DNA from: Plasmodiophora brassicae
Taxonomy: Eukaryota
DNA length: 64,000 nt
Assembly (NCBI GenBank): GCA_036867785.1
Contig: CP145422.1
Coordinates: 992,001-1,056,000 of the forward strand
Direction of reading: 5' to 3'
The number at the start of each line of letters is the position of its first letter. The first letter of the stretch is position 1. The notes beneath the pieces are model-generated. The model searched no databases, was not told the origin of the DNA, and saw nothing but the letters and a program-made list of their open reading frames with translations. Both the position numbers and the translations under genes were made by a program. Below, one piece after another: positions 20,432 to 36,323 of the stretch.

Positions 20432-22944
20432 ATGCGACTGAAGTTGCACGAGTCGACGGATCGCGGGCGACACCAGGACATTGTGGTCGGCGTCGACTGG
20501 ACGTCGGCGAACGAGTTGCTGTCCGTGTCCGACGACAGGCGACTGCTGCGATGGAGCATCGATGGTGGCCTGCTGAATGAAGTTATGTCCGGCATCGACC
20601 CGTACGTCACCGACATTCACTGCCAGGTATGCGCATTCGCAACCAGACGCGTGCATGCCCGCTTACTGCTGTTGCAGACGCAGCCGGGTCAGATGGTGGC
20701 GCTGGCACAATCGAACGGACAGTTCCTGATCGTATCGATCGCGACCGGGAAGGTCGAGGTGACGGCCCCGACGCAGCACCAAGGGTCGATCTCGTGCATA
20801 CGCTGGAACTCGGACGGGAGCGCTATCGTAACGGCCGGCGAGGACGGCAAGGTCCTTCAGTGGTCACGATCGGGAAACCTTCGCGCCCGCTTGGTCCAAT
20901 GCGACACGTCGATATACTGCACAGCCTGGTCGCCGGACAACCAGTCGATCCTGTACGCCACGGGACCGTTCCTCGTCATCAAGCCGCTGCGCGTCGACGA
21001 CAAGCCTAGGAAATGGCGCGCAGGAGCCGGCCTGGTGCTCGCGATCGACTGGTCGCCCATCAACAACCTGATCGTGGTCGGCGGCGAATCATGCCGGTAC
21101 TCGGTCTTCGACTGCCACGGGCGATCCCTGTACGTTTCGAAGCCGATGGAGTCGTCGGTGACCGCCGTCAAATGGGCGCCGAACGGCGCCATGTTCGCCG
21201 TGGCCGCGCTGGACACGCTGCTGCTCTGCGACCAGTCCGGCTGGGCGTACTCGCGGGACTCGCCGGCGACCGGATCGATCCTGTCGCTGGCCTGGACGAC
21301 GGATGGGACACACCTGGCCGGCGCCTGCGTCACCGGCGACGTCCTGTTCGGGCAGGTTGTCGACCGGGCCGTCCAGTGGCGTCATCTGGAAGCGACGCTG
21401 AACGACCACAACCAGGTAGCGTCGCGCGCGCCATATTAGGGCGTCCGGTCATATGTTGCGACGTCGTAGGTGATCGTGTCGAACGCGCTGGTGGACGTGG
21501 GCGGGAAGGCGTTCGAGCAGCTGGAGTTCAGCGACCGGGTCATCGAGCTGGCGATCGGCTGGCGCCACCTGGTGGTCGCCACTACGCGCCACATCTACTC
21601 GTACCATGTCGACGCGTTCTCGACGCCCAACATATTCGACATCAAGGGCGGCGCTGCCATCCACCTGATCCACGTCGCCGAGCGCTTCTTCGTCGTTGTC
21701 GGCGCCGCTGCTGTTGGCATTCGCGTCTATTCGTACGAAGGGCGCGAGCTGTGCGCCGTTAAGGTACAATGTGTTGGCGATGTTGACCACGTGCGCCCGC
21801 TGCTACTGACTGACCCGGCCGAACAACAGGTTCCAGGGCTTCAGACCGAGTACATCAAGGCGAACTCGCTGGCGATCTCGCCGGACGCCATGGCGATCGT
21901 CGACAGGGCCAAGGCGGGCAAGTCGATCCTGTTCCTGGATGTTTCGACGGGTGCGCCGCTCAGCAAGCCGATCGCGTGCGCGGAACCGGCCGTCACGATC
22001 TCGCTGTCGCAGTGCGGCCTGCCATCCGACCGGAAGATCGCCTGGGTCGACGCCAACGCCGACCTGTGGATCAGCGCGATCCACAACGCCAGACCGGTCA
22101 AACTGGGGACGCTCGCCAGCTCCGTCCAGTGGAACACTGATAACGACTCGCTGGCCGCCGTCATCGACACACGGCTCCGCGTGTGGCACTACCCGAACGT
22201 CATCTTCGTCGACAGGTACAGATGGTCCACGCGCGCCCGGGAACGATCGCGAGATGACGACCCTTGGCCAGGGATCTGGTGGAGCAGACCACCGAGACGA
22301 TCGAGGAAGGGTTCGGTCGCCATTCGGAACTGGTGGAGTTCACCGGCGCTCGCTGCACGGTTCGTCGCCGGGACGGCGCATTGGTGGCCGTTAGCGCGTC
22401 GCCGTACCCGGCGATGCTGTTCGCCATGACAACGACAGGGCAGTGGGCAACGGCGACCCGTCTGGCGCGACTGGTCAACGAGACGATCGTCTGGGCAAGC
22501 CTGGCCAGCATGGCGATCCATGGGCGGGATCTGGACACGGCCGAGGAGTGCCTGGCGGCAATCGACGCGATTGACAAGCTGCAGAACATTCAGATGATCA
22601 AGACGTTGCCGAGCAAGGCGCTGCGTGACGCCGAGCTGGCGCTGTTCCGCAGACGGCCCGGCGAAGCCGAGCAGATCCTGCTCGGCAGCAACCTGCTGTT
22701 CCGGGCCATCAAGCTGAACCTGCGCCTGTACAACTGGGAGCGCGCCCTGCAGCTGGCGCAGAACGCATCCGGGCGGCACCTGGACCTCGTGGTCGGCACG
22801 CGGCAGAAGTACCTGGAGCGGTTCAACCAGCAGGAAACCATCGACGCGTTCCTGAAGGTCGCCCCCAGCGTCCGCGTCGACTGGGCCGCTATCGACCAGG
22901 AGAAGCAGCGTCAGGTCGAACAGGAACGTGCCGCCAGGTCCTAA
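20432..22944 (+). CDS. IFT80: Intraflagellar transport protein 80 (WD40 plus helical C-terminus), multi-exon
   Basis: MRLK..H.D.V..V.W; RWNSDGSAIVTAGEDGKVLQWSRSGNLRARL; WHYPNVIFVD; YNWERALQLA..HLDLVVGTRQKYL. Confidence 0.93.
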
Positions 22945-23201
22945 CGAACGGTATATTCTACGCTGTGTGCACCTGCACGAAGCGCGTGCCGACCCGGCGT
23001 TACGAATAGTATACTGTCTGACTTGGCAACTGGCAACACCGTCCACGGCGACTGGGAGGGATCTAAAACGGGCCGCGTCCTGCGGTTCGTGATGGGCGTT
23101 GACCAATGGCGAAGAGGACCCCCGAGCGCACAGACACACACACACACACACGGTTTGGGGTTACACGTTAGAGATGGTTTAGAGTGTCTGGCACGGTTGG
23201 G

Positions 23202-23666
23202 TCAACAGGCCTGCGACGACGCCTGCAGGGCGACGGCCATCTGCCGGAGCAGGACCGATTGTTCTGATCGTCGTCGTTCCTTGATGGCGTGCAGCAGCGC
23301 GAGCTCCGCGGCCGACAGGTTGACCTCCTCGAGCGTCAGCGGTTCTTCGTTAAGGAAATCTTCGGTCCAGCCGAATATGGCGAGATCCCGGCGGTCTTCG
23401 GCGCTGTACGTGTCCTCGACGGGCGTCACGGCGGCTCTGGGTCCCTGATCACCGCCATGCCGCTTATCGTTGCTGCGGGCGCGCGGTCTTACGACGCGCT
23501 TCCGCGCATTGGTCGGTGGGGCCGGCTCCGACGCCGAGTGCCGACGATAGGCCGGCTTGCTGGTCAGCGTCGACACGGACAGCGATACGGACGCGGCGGC
23601 GACGGCCAGCAGCGACGCGAGAAACGCGACATTGTAGAGCAGGTCGACCAGGATCGTCGCTTGCAT
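23202..23666 (-). CDS. Hypothetical protein with N-terminal hydrophobic segment
   Basis: 154-aa ORF with a TM/signal-like N-terminus; no recognised family. Confidence 0.45.
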   Translation of the reverse strand: MQATILVDLLYNVAFLASLLAVAAASVSLSVSTLTSKPAYRRHSASEPAPPTNARKRVVRPRARSNDKRHGGDQGPRAAVTPVEDTYSAEDRRDLAIFGWTEDFLNEEPLTLEEVNLSAAELALLHAIKERRRSEQSVLLRQMAVALQASSQAC

Positions 23667-24057
23667 CGTTGATGGGTGGCACCGACGACGACGACGACAA
23701 CGCGGGGGACGGTGACGGCTGCGGCAGCTGCTGCGGCTGCGCGATGCAGCTCGATTGACGGTATGGGGCCCGAAATTAGGCCCGCACAGCCATGCAATGC
23801 GGGCAGCCTCTCAGCCCGCACCCAACGCCGTACGGCGCCTAATTCCGGACGCACCAGTCAGGTCAGCGCGTGGCATGACTCCACCACCACCAGTTGATGG
23901 CCCGTGACCAGCAGGACGCGCGGCCCCGGGATCTTCCGCCCGTCACCGGCCAGCGAATCCGCGATGCTGTGACGATTGTATCGCCATGGGGTGCCCCTCG
24001 GCCTGTGCCCACAGATTTCGTTCGTAGACGGAGTACACCGTAGGGATCGACGAGTGT

Positions 24058-27106
<3,049 letters not shown>

Positions 27107-27323
27107 TTACGTGCATACACATGCGAACTTCGACGCGACCGGTTGGCGTATGCATTTCGGGTGAGAGTTCCGGAGCAGGCGTGATGTCACGCCAGGTTCC
27201 GGTTGAGCGGCGTGACGTCACCCGTCGACGCAGTGTGGTGAAGATTCATTTGACGTCCCCATTCAAAACATCGCCTGCGACATCACAGACGATTTGTCGG
27301 TGTGTGTCTGCGTGTGTGCGATC

Positions 27324-28201
27324 ATGCCGGTTCCGTTCGTTCTCGTCCTGTTCGCATCAGGCGTCGTCCTCGCGTACGCTCAGCACAACGTCCTCGTTGC
27401 GCCGCACGATGCGCACATGGGATTCCACGAGCGTCCCTTCGTCCATGACGACGTCATCATGGACGACCACCACCACGGCTATCCCATGGACGGGTACCAT
27501 CGCGATTATCCGGACATGCACGACGACTACCACCACGTGGAGCACATCGACGCGGCCCCCGTTGAACGCATCGAGGAGACGCATGTGCACGCGCCGGACA
27601 TCACGCACCACCAGGAGATCATCCACCACGAACCCGTCGACGTGATCCATGAGCCCGTCCTGGTCGAGCACGACGACGAGGTTCTGCACGACAACGTTCA
27701 CGGCCACGACCTGTTCGATGAATTCCCAATGCATCATCACCACCCGCACCACCTCGGCGTGATGGGCGCCTTCTTCGGCCACGACGACGACGACGACCGT
27801 CACGTCGATTCCGAACACGGCGACGACGAGGTCGTCGACAACGACCACTCGGAGTTCGCCGACGACCTGAACCAGTTCACGAACAGGGAAAAGGGTCGCA
27901 ACAAGCGCAAGCAGGGCGGCACCGACAAGAGCAACGTCCAGGTACGTAGGGTGCCGTCACTCATGTCGTTAGCCCTGACGGCTGCCTGTTGCAGACGTCG
28001 GCGACGCTGACGGCGACCGTAACGGCCACGGATGACCACAGCGACGATTACCTGCAATCGGTAGCGGCGTCGACCGTCTCCGATGGGCGGAACACGATCG
28101 AGCAGATGAACGAGGTTGCCGGTGCCCAGGACCGCAGTGCGGCGCACACGGCCGGCGTGGCCGGCGCGCATCCCGAACACACCGTCGTCGCTCACCGCTG
28201 A
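27324..28201 (+). CDS. Secreted His/Asp-rich protein, one intron (~27942-27994)
   Basis: Signal peptide MPVPFVLVLFASGVVLAYA, then a very His/Asp/Val-rich mature region. Confidence 0.75.
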
Positions 28202-28298
28202 CCATCCGTCAGCATCACCTATTCGATAAATTGCCCATCGTTACGGAAACGGATCGATCGCGGGCGTACTTGCTTAGGGAGACCTGGGTCGGGGCTGG

Positions 28299-29037
28299 AT
28301 GGACGTCCCCGGCGGCAGCGGCGTCTCGCGCCTGAAGAACATTCACTTCGCGGTGCGGCGAGCGACTGCGGAACGCCCCGATGGGCGCGCCGACAACATC
28401 GCAACGGCGACGACCGCGACAGCGTGGTCGACAAACGCGTCGGCGAACCAGTCCATCACGTGCGAGCTCGAGCACCCGTGCCTGCTCGGTGCGTAACGCA
28501 CCCCGCCGCGCACCGTCGCGCACCTGACGCGGCCGCCGGCATAGGGTTCCTGACCATTGCAAACGCGTCCACGTCGAACATGTCGGTGGCGATCAGCCTG
28601 CGGGACCGGCCCTCGCAGTGGATCACGGTCCAGCAGGCGTGCCGGGTACCGCACTCCAAGGCCATCGTCATTCGCACCGGGTACATGCCCGCCCGGTACG
28701 TGCGCATCGACTGCCAGCGCGGGTTCCCCATCGCTATCAACTAGTACGCGAGCGCGCGCGCGCGCGTTCACCACCTCGAGCGTCCGCGCCGACGTAACCG
28801 ACCGTCGACAGTGTACAGGCGATGGGCGTGCCGATCGCGACGGCGAACTTCGAGTTTGGCGCCCGCCTGCGACAGATGCTGATCGAGCGGCCGGTGCTGT
28901 CGTTCTATAACCCGGTCGTGCCGCAGGCCAGCGACGCCGACCTGATCGAGGGACTCATCCGGAAGAAGTACGAAAGGAAGCCGAACCATCACAGGCGTGT
29001 CGGTGCGGAACATACGGCGCGCCTTCATTACCAATGA
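28299..29037 (+). CDS. Hypothetical protein, possible galactose-binding-like beta-sandwich, multi-exon
   Basis: NIA....TAWST..QSITCEL..LTIAN..ARYVRIDC pattern; GT-AG introns link the ORFs. Confidence 0.4.
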
Positions 29038-29045
29038 ACGACGCG

Positions 29046-29558
29046 TTACAATGCGGTGGCGACGTCGAACAGGAACTCGCCAACGGTCGAACAGTTCGAC
29101 AGGAGAAGGTCAGCGATAAGCGAATGCGGGGCCATGTCCATTGGCTCCACCTCGCCGCGCCGTCGTAGCCGATGGTGCGCGGGGTCCCGATGGCGCCGTC
29201 GCCTTCGCTCGTGTTCGGCGTGGTCGTCGATAGCCGCTCCGTAATCGTCAGCGTCACCGAGCTCGCATTCGGAATCTGTCAACGATAGCTGGGCCATCGG
29301 TTTCGCAGCACGACCTAGGTCGCCGGACAGGCGTTTAACCTCGGCATGACCGTTCTTGTCTTGGACCAAGGTGACCTGCCGCGTCAGCTGCGGCCGCGAG
29401 AAGTGCCCGAGATCGCCAACGACTTCGTCATCGTCGGCGGTGGCCGACGGCTTTGGCGGTACCGGTTTCGCAGCGACGTTCCCCGGCCTCGTTCCGGTCG
29501 CTCCCTTCCGCGGGGACCGGCCCGGTTTAGACCCGTGTTCGTCGCTGGAATAGTCCAT
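29046..29558 (-). CDS. Hypothetical protein
   Basis: 170-aa ATG-initiated ORF, low complexity. Confidence 0.4.
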   Translation of the reverse strand: MDYSSDEHGSKPGRSPRKGATGTRPGNVAAKPVPPKPSATADDDEVVGDLGHFSRPQLTRQVTLVQDKNGHAEVKRLSGDLGRAAKPMAQLSLTDSECELGDADDYGAAIDDHAEHERRRRRHRDPAHHRLRRRGEVEPMDMAPHSLIADLLLSNCSTVGEFLFDVATAL

Positions 29559-29624
29559 GGTGGACAGTATGATAACCGATCACCCGCGCGTGTCCTCGCC
29601 ATGACCTTGGGCGCGTGCCATCAC

Positions 29625-30220
29625 TCATCGAGGAATATCGCGGCGGGGCAATGAGCGTGCCAGCTTCAAATCCGGCCATTCACCGCATGGGACACCGCCC
29701 GCAACCCACACGATCCGTCCAGTGCGAATGCAGAGCACGACCTCGTATCTGATGCCAGCCCAGTTCAACTTATGTGAGTACCACTTTTTGTTGAACGGGG
29801 ATTGCTCCTGGATCGGACAGTCGGTCCCGTCAAGCGACACCAGATACTTGCTATCCCTAGGGGCACAGACGAACCGCTGGCTCCACTGAATCTGAACGAG
29901 CAGATGAATCATATATAGGATAGAATGACCACTAGCGCAATACTGTCATGCTTACAACGGGAAGATCCGCCAGTAATTTGACGATTATCCACGTCCCTCA
30001 TCTGTGCCTGCTATAAAGCTGTTGACGCGCTCGGTTTCATATAGCTTGAGAAAGAGCAACGCCCACAGCAAATTAACGGGCTTCGCTCCAGGAGGAGTAC
30101 GTCCTTCTAGCAATGCCCAGAGCACGGCGCAAGTGTCCGCGCTAACGCCAAACATGGCTCGAAAACGCCGGTCTCCAGTTGATCTACCTTCCGAATCATG
30201 GTGCCGAGTCAGGGTATGAC
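29625..30220 (-). pseudogene. PIF/Harbinger (DDE_Tnp_4-like) transposase, 3'-truncated
   Basis: RRFRAMFGVS..LLWALLFLKLY; VSLDGTDCPIQE..WYSHKLN..GIRYEV..TGRIVWVAGGVPCGEWPD; later catalytic D/E not present. Confidence 0.75.
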
Positions 30221-30724
30221 CCAGCCTCGATCCTCCAGGAATCGTCAACGGCTGCCATCGTCGCCAAAACGGACATTTGGCGTCGACCAAAAGTGGCGCC
30301 AAATGTACGCGAATGTCACCGCAAAAGTCCGCGCGGAATGCGCGACGGTCTACTGAAAGGTACGTGGACACAATCTTCGGCGACGGATCACGCCGCCTGT
30401 CTTGCGCCTACTGAACAAACTTGTTACTCACCTTGTCCAGCTCGTTAAAGTCTACACTGCGATGTAAAAATAAACAATAGTCGGTGAAAGCTGTATGAGG
30501 GACGAGCCTACAAACATAGAGACGTTCGGCGAAATTTCCAAAGTGTACGCGCGTACTTTCGGTATTCAAAAGTCGTATTGTTGTGTATCGCGTATCCACA
30601 TAAGAAGCGCATTGCAAGCTGTTCGACGTGATACCAGCATGTAGCACTATCGATGCATCGTTCAGCCATTTTCCAACGCCGAAGTTGGGGACCACCGGGG
30701 TGCAGTGACATGCAGTGACAGTTG

Positions 30725-31399
30725 AGCACCGTAAATGGTACGGCGAACTGTACGTGACTTTTCACGCCAAAACCGTACCATATCCGATCCGGAAGTGAGC
30801 AGGTAGCTGCTTGGAAAAAGGGGGGCCTTCGACGATTGGTGGACAGCCACCGCATCTCCAGCCTCGGTCCGTCGATCGTATCATGAGCTGGTGGCACAAA
30901 AACTGTGAGGCCGACCGCAAGCTAACCGAGCTGTTCGCGACGAAGGCGATTCCGCTCGATGCCAAACCGACGGACATCCGCGACAAGTATCCCGAAAGGG
31001 AGATTTCACTGTACATAGGATGAAATCATGTCATATGGAATATGCTTTTACTTACAGAAAGTACCTTCCTTCATCAACCTCTTCTTCGTCTCGTTGAAGT
31101 GTCTCCGGAACACGTGCTCCGTGAAGCAACGGAATTCGGGATACTTGTCGCGGATGTCCGTCGGTTTGGCATCGAGCGGAATCGCCTTCGTCGCGAACAG
31201 CTCGGTTAGCTTGCGGTCAGCCTCACAGTTTTTGTGCCACCGACTCATGCTGATGATACGATCGACGGACCGAGGCTGGAGTCCACCAATCGTCGAAGGC
31301 CCCCCTTTTTCCAAGCAGCTACCTGCTCACTTCCGGATCGGATATGGTCGGTTTTGGCGTGAAAAGTCACGTACAGTTCGCCGTACCATTTACGGTGCT
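30725..31399. repeat. Long inverted repeat (~270-bp arms, 138-bp spacer) duplicating a small ORF
   Basis: 30725-30996 vs 31135-31399 are near-identical apart from small indels; both arms encode WHKNCEADRKLTELFATKAIPLDAKPTDIRDKYPE on opposite strands. Confidence 0.95.
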
Positions 31400-31459
31400 T
31401 CACCGTACCTTCGCACTTCGTACCGCGTTCGTACAACGCGGGCGACAGCGCAGGTCCGC

Positions 31460-32229
31460 ATGGCGCACGACAGCGGCTCGTACAGGAACTATTACGGTGA
31501 GTGGCCGGGCACGCTTCATGCCGCTTGGGGCCACCGCACTGACCAGCGGAGACATAGGTCGACGCAGCATCGACGGTGATGGGCGGGTGCGGTGCCTGCA
31601 GAGTCTGCCGGTCGCACGGGAATGGCGCGGCTCGTGCTGGCTGGATATCGGGTGTAACGACGGGCAGGTGACGCTGGAGCTCGGTATTGCACGCGTTCGG
31701 TTTACCTGTGAATGTACCGGTCTCTAACAACCGTCGTCCAGCGCGTACATTTTCCTGCAAGTCGATGACCGGCATCGATATCGACAGGGTCCTCATCAAG
31801 CGCGCCGTCCGTCGCGATCCACAGTCGCCGTACACCTTCGTGGTTGCCGGCCACGATGATACGAACGCTGCTCCTGGGCCGTTTGACGTGATCTCCTGCT
31901 TGTCCGTCACGAAATGGATCCATTTGGCCCAGGGCGACGCCGGCATTCGTCGTCTGTTCCATACCGCTCATGAGCGCCTGCGGCCAGGCGGATTCCTGAT
32001 CCTCGAACCGCAACCATGGCGCTCGTACAAGAAGCGCCGCACCCAGTCCGCCGATATCGCCCAACAGTTCGCGTCGATCCGCCTACGTCCCGATGCGTTC
32101 CCGGGGGAACTCGCCCGCATCGGTTTCCGCCTCCTGCACAAGTGCACCAACGTGCCCGCTGCTACGCCCGGGTACAGTCGCCCACTGCTTGTGTTCCAGA
32201 AGGCACCGGTATGCGCTGCGAGTACTTAA
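31460..32229 (+). CDS. BIN3: Bin3/MePCE-family SAM-dependent RNA methyltransferase, multi-exon
   Basis: GSYRNYYG; WLDIGCNDG; GIDID..LI; FDVISCLSVTKWIHL..GDAGI..LRPGGFLILEPQPWRSY. Confidence 0.9.
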
Positions 32230-32617
32230 TCGATGATGGTTATGACGTTTACGGTGCTCGGTTTGCAGGTGACATTGGGCGCGGCGTGCCTGGCCGGGGA
32301 TGCTCGCGTTGTTCCCGAACGGCAGGCGGCAACGACGCGTCCTTGATCTTGGACGCTTTCCTGGTGGGCTCCTCCATCGGTGATGCCGCTGACATCGTTG
32401 ACGCCTGCGTAGCGTTATCGTCCACATGAACGTGCGCGTTGCTCGCAACACATCCCATGAGCAGAGCAAGGCCCCCTGATGGTCGACTATCGAGAGACTA
32501 TTCTACTGGACCACGCTCGGTTTGGTCCAGTGTTGGATGCACTTCGAGTGTGTCAACATGGACCCTGGGACATGACTCACACTGCCTCTGTGCACGAGTG
32601 GATTCATTGGCTATGAC

Positions 32618-33229
32618 TCACCGCCGGCGTCCATGGACGTTCAGGGCGGTCAGCGCGATGAGCACCAGCGCGGTGGCAACCATGCCCATTGTCAACGCGT
32701 ACCGTCGCTCCTGTCGGGCGGATCGGTTCGGGATCGGCGCACACAGGAACGCTTTGACGGCAGCAAGCACGGCCGGTAGTGTGTCAACCTGTTTCGTCGC
32801 GGTGCGTGTTTCGGTCTGACGTATGAGTTGCCTTAGAGCACGGATGGCAGAAGGTCGATCAGGAACGCCGTCGACGTCGTTCACCATGTACGTCGTGCTT
32901 GGCGGCTTCGGGTAGCATCGGTGGAACTGAACGTCGAACGTGATCGTCGTTCCTGTTGGGTGATCGCAGACAGTCCTCGACGACGCTGTCGCGTGGAACA
33001 CACGACCGTACAGTGGATCGGGAAGGTCGTTGCGCTCGTCGAACGTCAGCCAGGGCGCCAGTTGCGTCAAGGTATCTGGGATCCAGCCCGTCGGCATGGT
33101 CGGGCAAACCTCGCACCCTTCAGGCTTCGCTTCGATGTCGCGCCCGTCGGCGTCCACCACAAATGCCAGCAACGACGCGACATATCCGACGTACGTCATC
33201 ATGACTGGCGCCCGATGGCAGATTGCCAT
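32618..33229 (-). CDS. Hypothetical membrane protein (signal-like N-terminus, C-terminal TM)
   Basis: 203-aa ORF with hydrophobic ends. Confidence 0.5.
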   Translation of the reverse strand: MAICHRAPVMMTYVGYVASLLAFVVDADGRDIEAKPEGCEVCPTMPTGWIPDTLTQLAPWLTFDERNDLPDPLYGRVFHATASSRTVCDHPTGTTITFDVQFHRCYPKPPSTTYMVNDVDGVPDRPSAIRALRQLIRQTETRTATKQVDTLPAVLAAVKAFLCAPIPNRSARQERRYALTMGMVATALVLIALTALNVHGRRR

Positions 33230-33450
33230 GACGAATTCTTGACGCGGATGGGAGTTGACCCGGCACTAATCGCTGGCCGCAAACGCATCCATCCGTCATC
33301 TGTGGTCGTGACCGGGACCAAGCGGACCTGAATCAATGTCGCGTGCCGGGTTTCGTTCAAGTTGTGTTGCAGGATTCCATTGGATCGTTAAAGATCTTCA
33401 CGCGGGACGCTGGGTTGGCACACGTCCAGCGGATCGCATTAGAGGACGGG

Positions 33451-34076
33451 ATGGAGGCGCGTTTCCTCTGGCAGGAACGCGTTCGCGGGCTGTGCCAGGG
33501 CATTGGTATTGACGTTTACGTCGTGACGGCGTCTGTCCCTGCGCTGACCCCGCATGTGCTTATAGGTTTCATCTTGGGCGCTCTGTTAATCCTCGCGCCG
33601 GTGACCGCCTTCAGCACGTACGCATGGCTGCCTACCTACTCCAATCATGCCGTCCCCGTATTGACTCGCCTGTGCCCGTGTTTAGGAACGCGGTTACGTT
33701 CAGCACGTTCAGCCTGGCGCTGGTATCGATTCGATCCATCGTGTACGGCGTCCTGGTGATCCTGTCGGAATTGCGCCTGAACTTCATGCTCACGAACGCC
33801 CTGTTCCTGACGACCCACTGGGGACGCTCCTTCTTCTACCTGTGGATCGCCGCCGATGTCCAGAGCTCGTTCTGGTTCCAGCACGCATCCGACGTCCTCC
33901 TGCAGATTGTCTACTACCTTGTCGTCGTCTTCGCCGTGTGCGCGTCGTTCACCAACCTGCTCCTCGTGTTCAGCGTCACCCACGCCCCGAAACAGCAACC
34001 ATCCCCTGTGGCCGCATCGAAACTCCAAGCGGCGCCCGACGCCAACGCCAAGCCCGACCTTGAAGCCGATATCTAA
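33451..34076 (+). CDS. Small multi-pass membrane protein, COPI-associated/TVP15-like, multi-exon
   Basis: YGVLVILSEL....FLTTHWGRSFFYLWIA motif and ~4 TM segments. Confidence 0.55.
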
Positions 34077-34353
34077 CCCGTTGCGTCCCCTTCGTCAGCG
34101 CCTTCATAAACAGCCGGCGCCTCACGCATTGTCATCATCGGCGTGGGGCACGCGTCGTCGCCCATGTCCGAAGCTGCATCGTCGCAAATGGGGGGTCCCT
34201 GTCGTCCCCACTGCATCGGCGGTCGCAGTTTGCCCAGTGCGATCCCCGTCGGCGACTGCAGCGGTGCCTGCATGACCTGTTTTTGGCGACGGGCGGGCGG
34301 CGGGTGTGTGTAGCTCACAACGTGTTGTTTGGTCCGTGGCGCGTTGTGGGTTG

Positions 34354-36089
34354 ATGTCGACGTGGGCGTGCGCTGTCTGCACGTACGAGAACCGGGCGTC
34401 GTCCCGCGCCTGCGAGATCTGTCAGGCGGCGCGGGCGGACGTGCGCGCGCCGGCACGCTGGGCATGTGCGACCTGCACGTACGAGAACGATGCGTCGGTG
34501 CAGATGTGCGCCATGTGCGGGACGGCGCGATCGGCGTCGGCGCCGACGCCGATGGACATCGATGACGAGAAACGAGCGGCGCCAGCGCAGCAGCCGTCGC
34601 GCGCGTCTGCCGCCGCTCCAGTTAAGACGACGACGGTGGTGGCCGACCCGCGGGCGCTGGAACGCGCCAAAGAGGAAGAACGCGCCCGGTTGCAACGGGA
34701 GCGTGCCGCCGCGGAACGCGCTCGCGTTGAGCGACTTCAGGAAATCCAGGGCCGGCGCGAGGAGCTCGCTGCCGAACAGGCCGCCAACGAGAAACGGAAG
34801 GCGGCCGAGCGCCTGAACGCCGCCCTGAAACGGAGCGAGCAGGAGCAGCAGTCGCGGCAGGACACTGAACGGATGAAGCAACGGCGGGCCGAAGTTGAGC
34901 GTCAGGTAGGCCCGCTCTGGCTCCCGAGCACGTATTCGTTTCTGGCGTCTGAATTGGCGTTCGCTGCGCAGATCGCTGACATCCCATCTGCTGTGCGGTT
35001 GCTTCGCGACCGATACGGCATGGACGGGTTGCTGGACGTCCTGGCCGTTATTGCCCGCATTCTTCGCGCGATCTGTGCCGATCCGCACAACGACAGGCTG
35101 AGGACGATTCGCACGGCGTCGTCCGTGTACCGAACGCGGATCCAGCCGCGTCTCGGTGCGTCGACGATCATGGCCGTCCTCGGGTTCGAGCGCAAGTCGG
35201 TGATGGCGGACGATGACGCCGAGCCGCAGGAGGTGCTCTACATGCCGGAGCCGAGCGACACGGGGCGGCTGCGCGCCGAGCTGGACAAGATGGAGGCGCT
35301 GCTGAACCGCCCCGAGACGCGGTTCGCCGAGATTGTCAAAGGCGTCGACGACAGCGACGGTCGCGTGCTGCGTTTCGCGATGGCGTTCGCGAAGATCGTC
35401 GAGAACGTTCTCATCGCGCCATCGTCGTCCATTGCGCGTAAGATCGATACGCGGGCGGACCTCTGGGGCGCCTGTTTCGCGCCCCTCGGCGCTGCCGGTG
35501 AGGCCGCCCTGGCCGAGTTTGGGTTCACGTCGAAGGGCGCTACCTGGGAATTCCTAGCCACGCCGGCGACGCTGAAGAAGTTGCAGAAGGTTCAGCGCGA
35601 CCTGCAGAAGGAAATCGCGGCGCGTATGCCCCAGTCTGCGGTCGTTCGCGCGACGTCGTACGTGTTCGACCACAACGGCCTGCCCGGGGCCAGAGCGCTG
35701 GTCGAGAAGTTCATCGCCGTGCTGACCAACGTTGTCAACGACCAGCACCAGACGAAACACCACCTGGTCCCCCTGGTTCCGCTCTTCGTGCGTCCCCGTC
35801 GCCCGTCCGATCGTGCGTTTATTCGTGCTGACTTGCGCCCCGCTGCTGTAGAAACTGTCTGGGCCCGTGGATGGCGCGCGAGAGTTCGTGACGGCGCTCG
35901 GCCTCGAGATCGCGCCCGACCTGTCGACGGCCAGGGTCCCGTACCCGTACCAGAACGGAGTGGAGACGTTCAAGATCAACCTCGACATCCTACAACGGAC
36001 ATGGAAGAAGCTGGCGGCATCGGCCAGGTACGCGCGCGCGTCCCCGTTGTTCGTCCGCCCTGCTGACGGTGCGCTGCCCTTGCAGATGA
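34354..36089 (+). CDS. Protein with two RanBP2/NZF zinc fingers, coiled coil and PUB-like domains
   Basis: WACAVCTYEN..CEIC and WACATCTYEN..CAMC; RILRAICADPHNDRLRTIR..LGASTIMAVLGFE; two further PUB-like repeats. Confidence 0.75.
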
Positions 36090-36323
36090 GCCCAGGCAGG
36101 TCTCTCGCAAATATACAATGTTCGGATCCAACGCCCGCCTGCTGCGGCGACGAACCGGCGCCCCTGTGGGCGTAACGCTGTTTACGCCCGCATGAAGGCC
36201 CTGTGCCGAGCGCTGGGCCCGAGTCGGACCCGGTTGCCGTGGTCCTGCATATCTAGGCGGCGCGGGCACCGCCTCCCGGGACCGGCACTACGTACCGCTT
36301 GTCCTGCGCCCCAGACGATCTTG

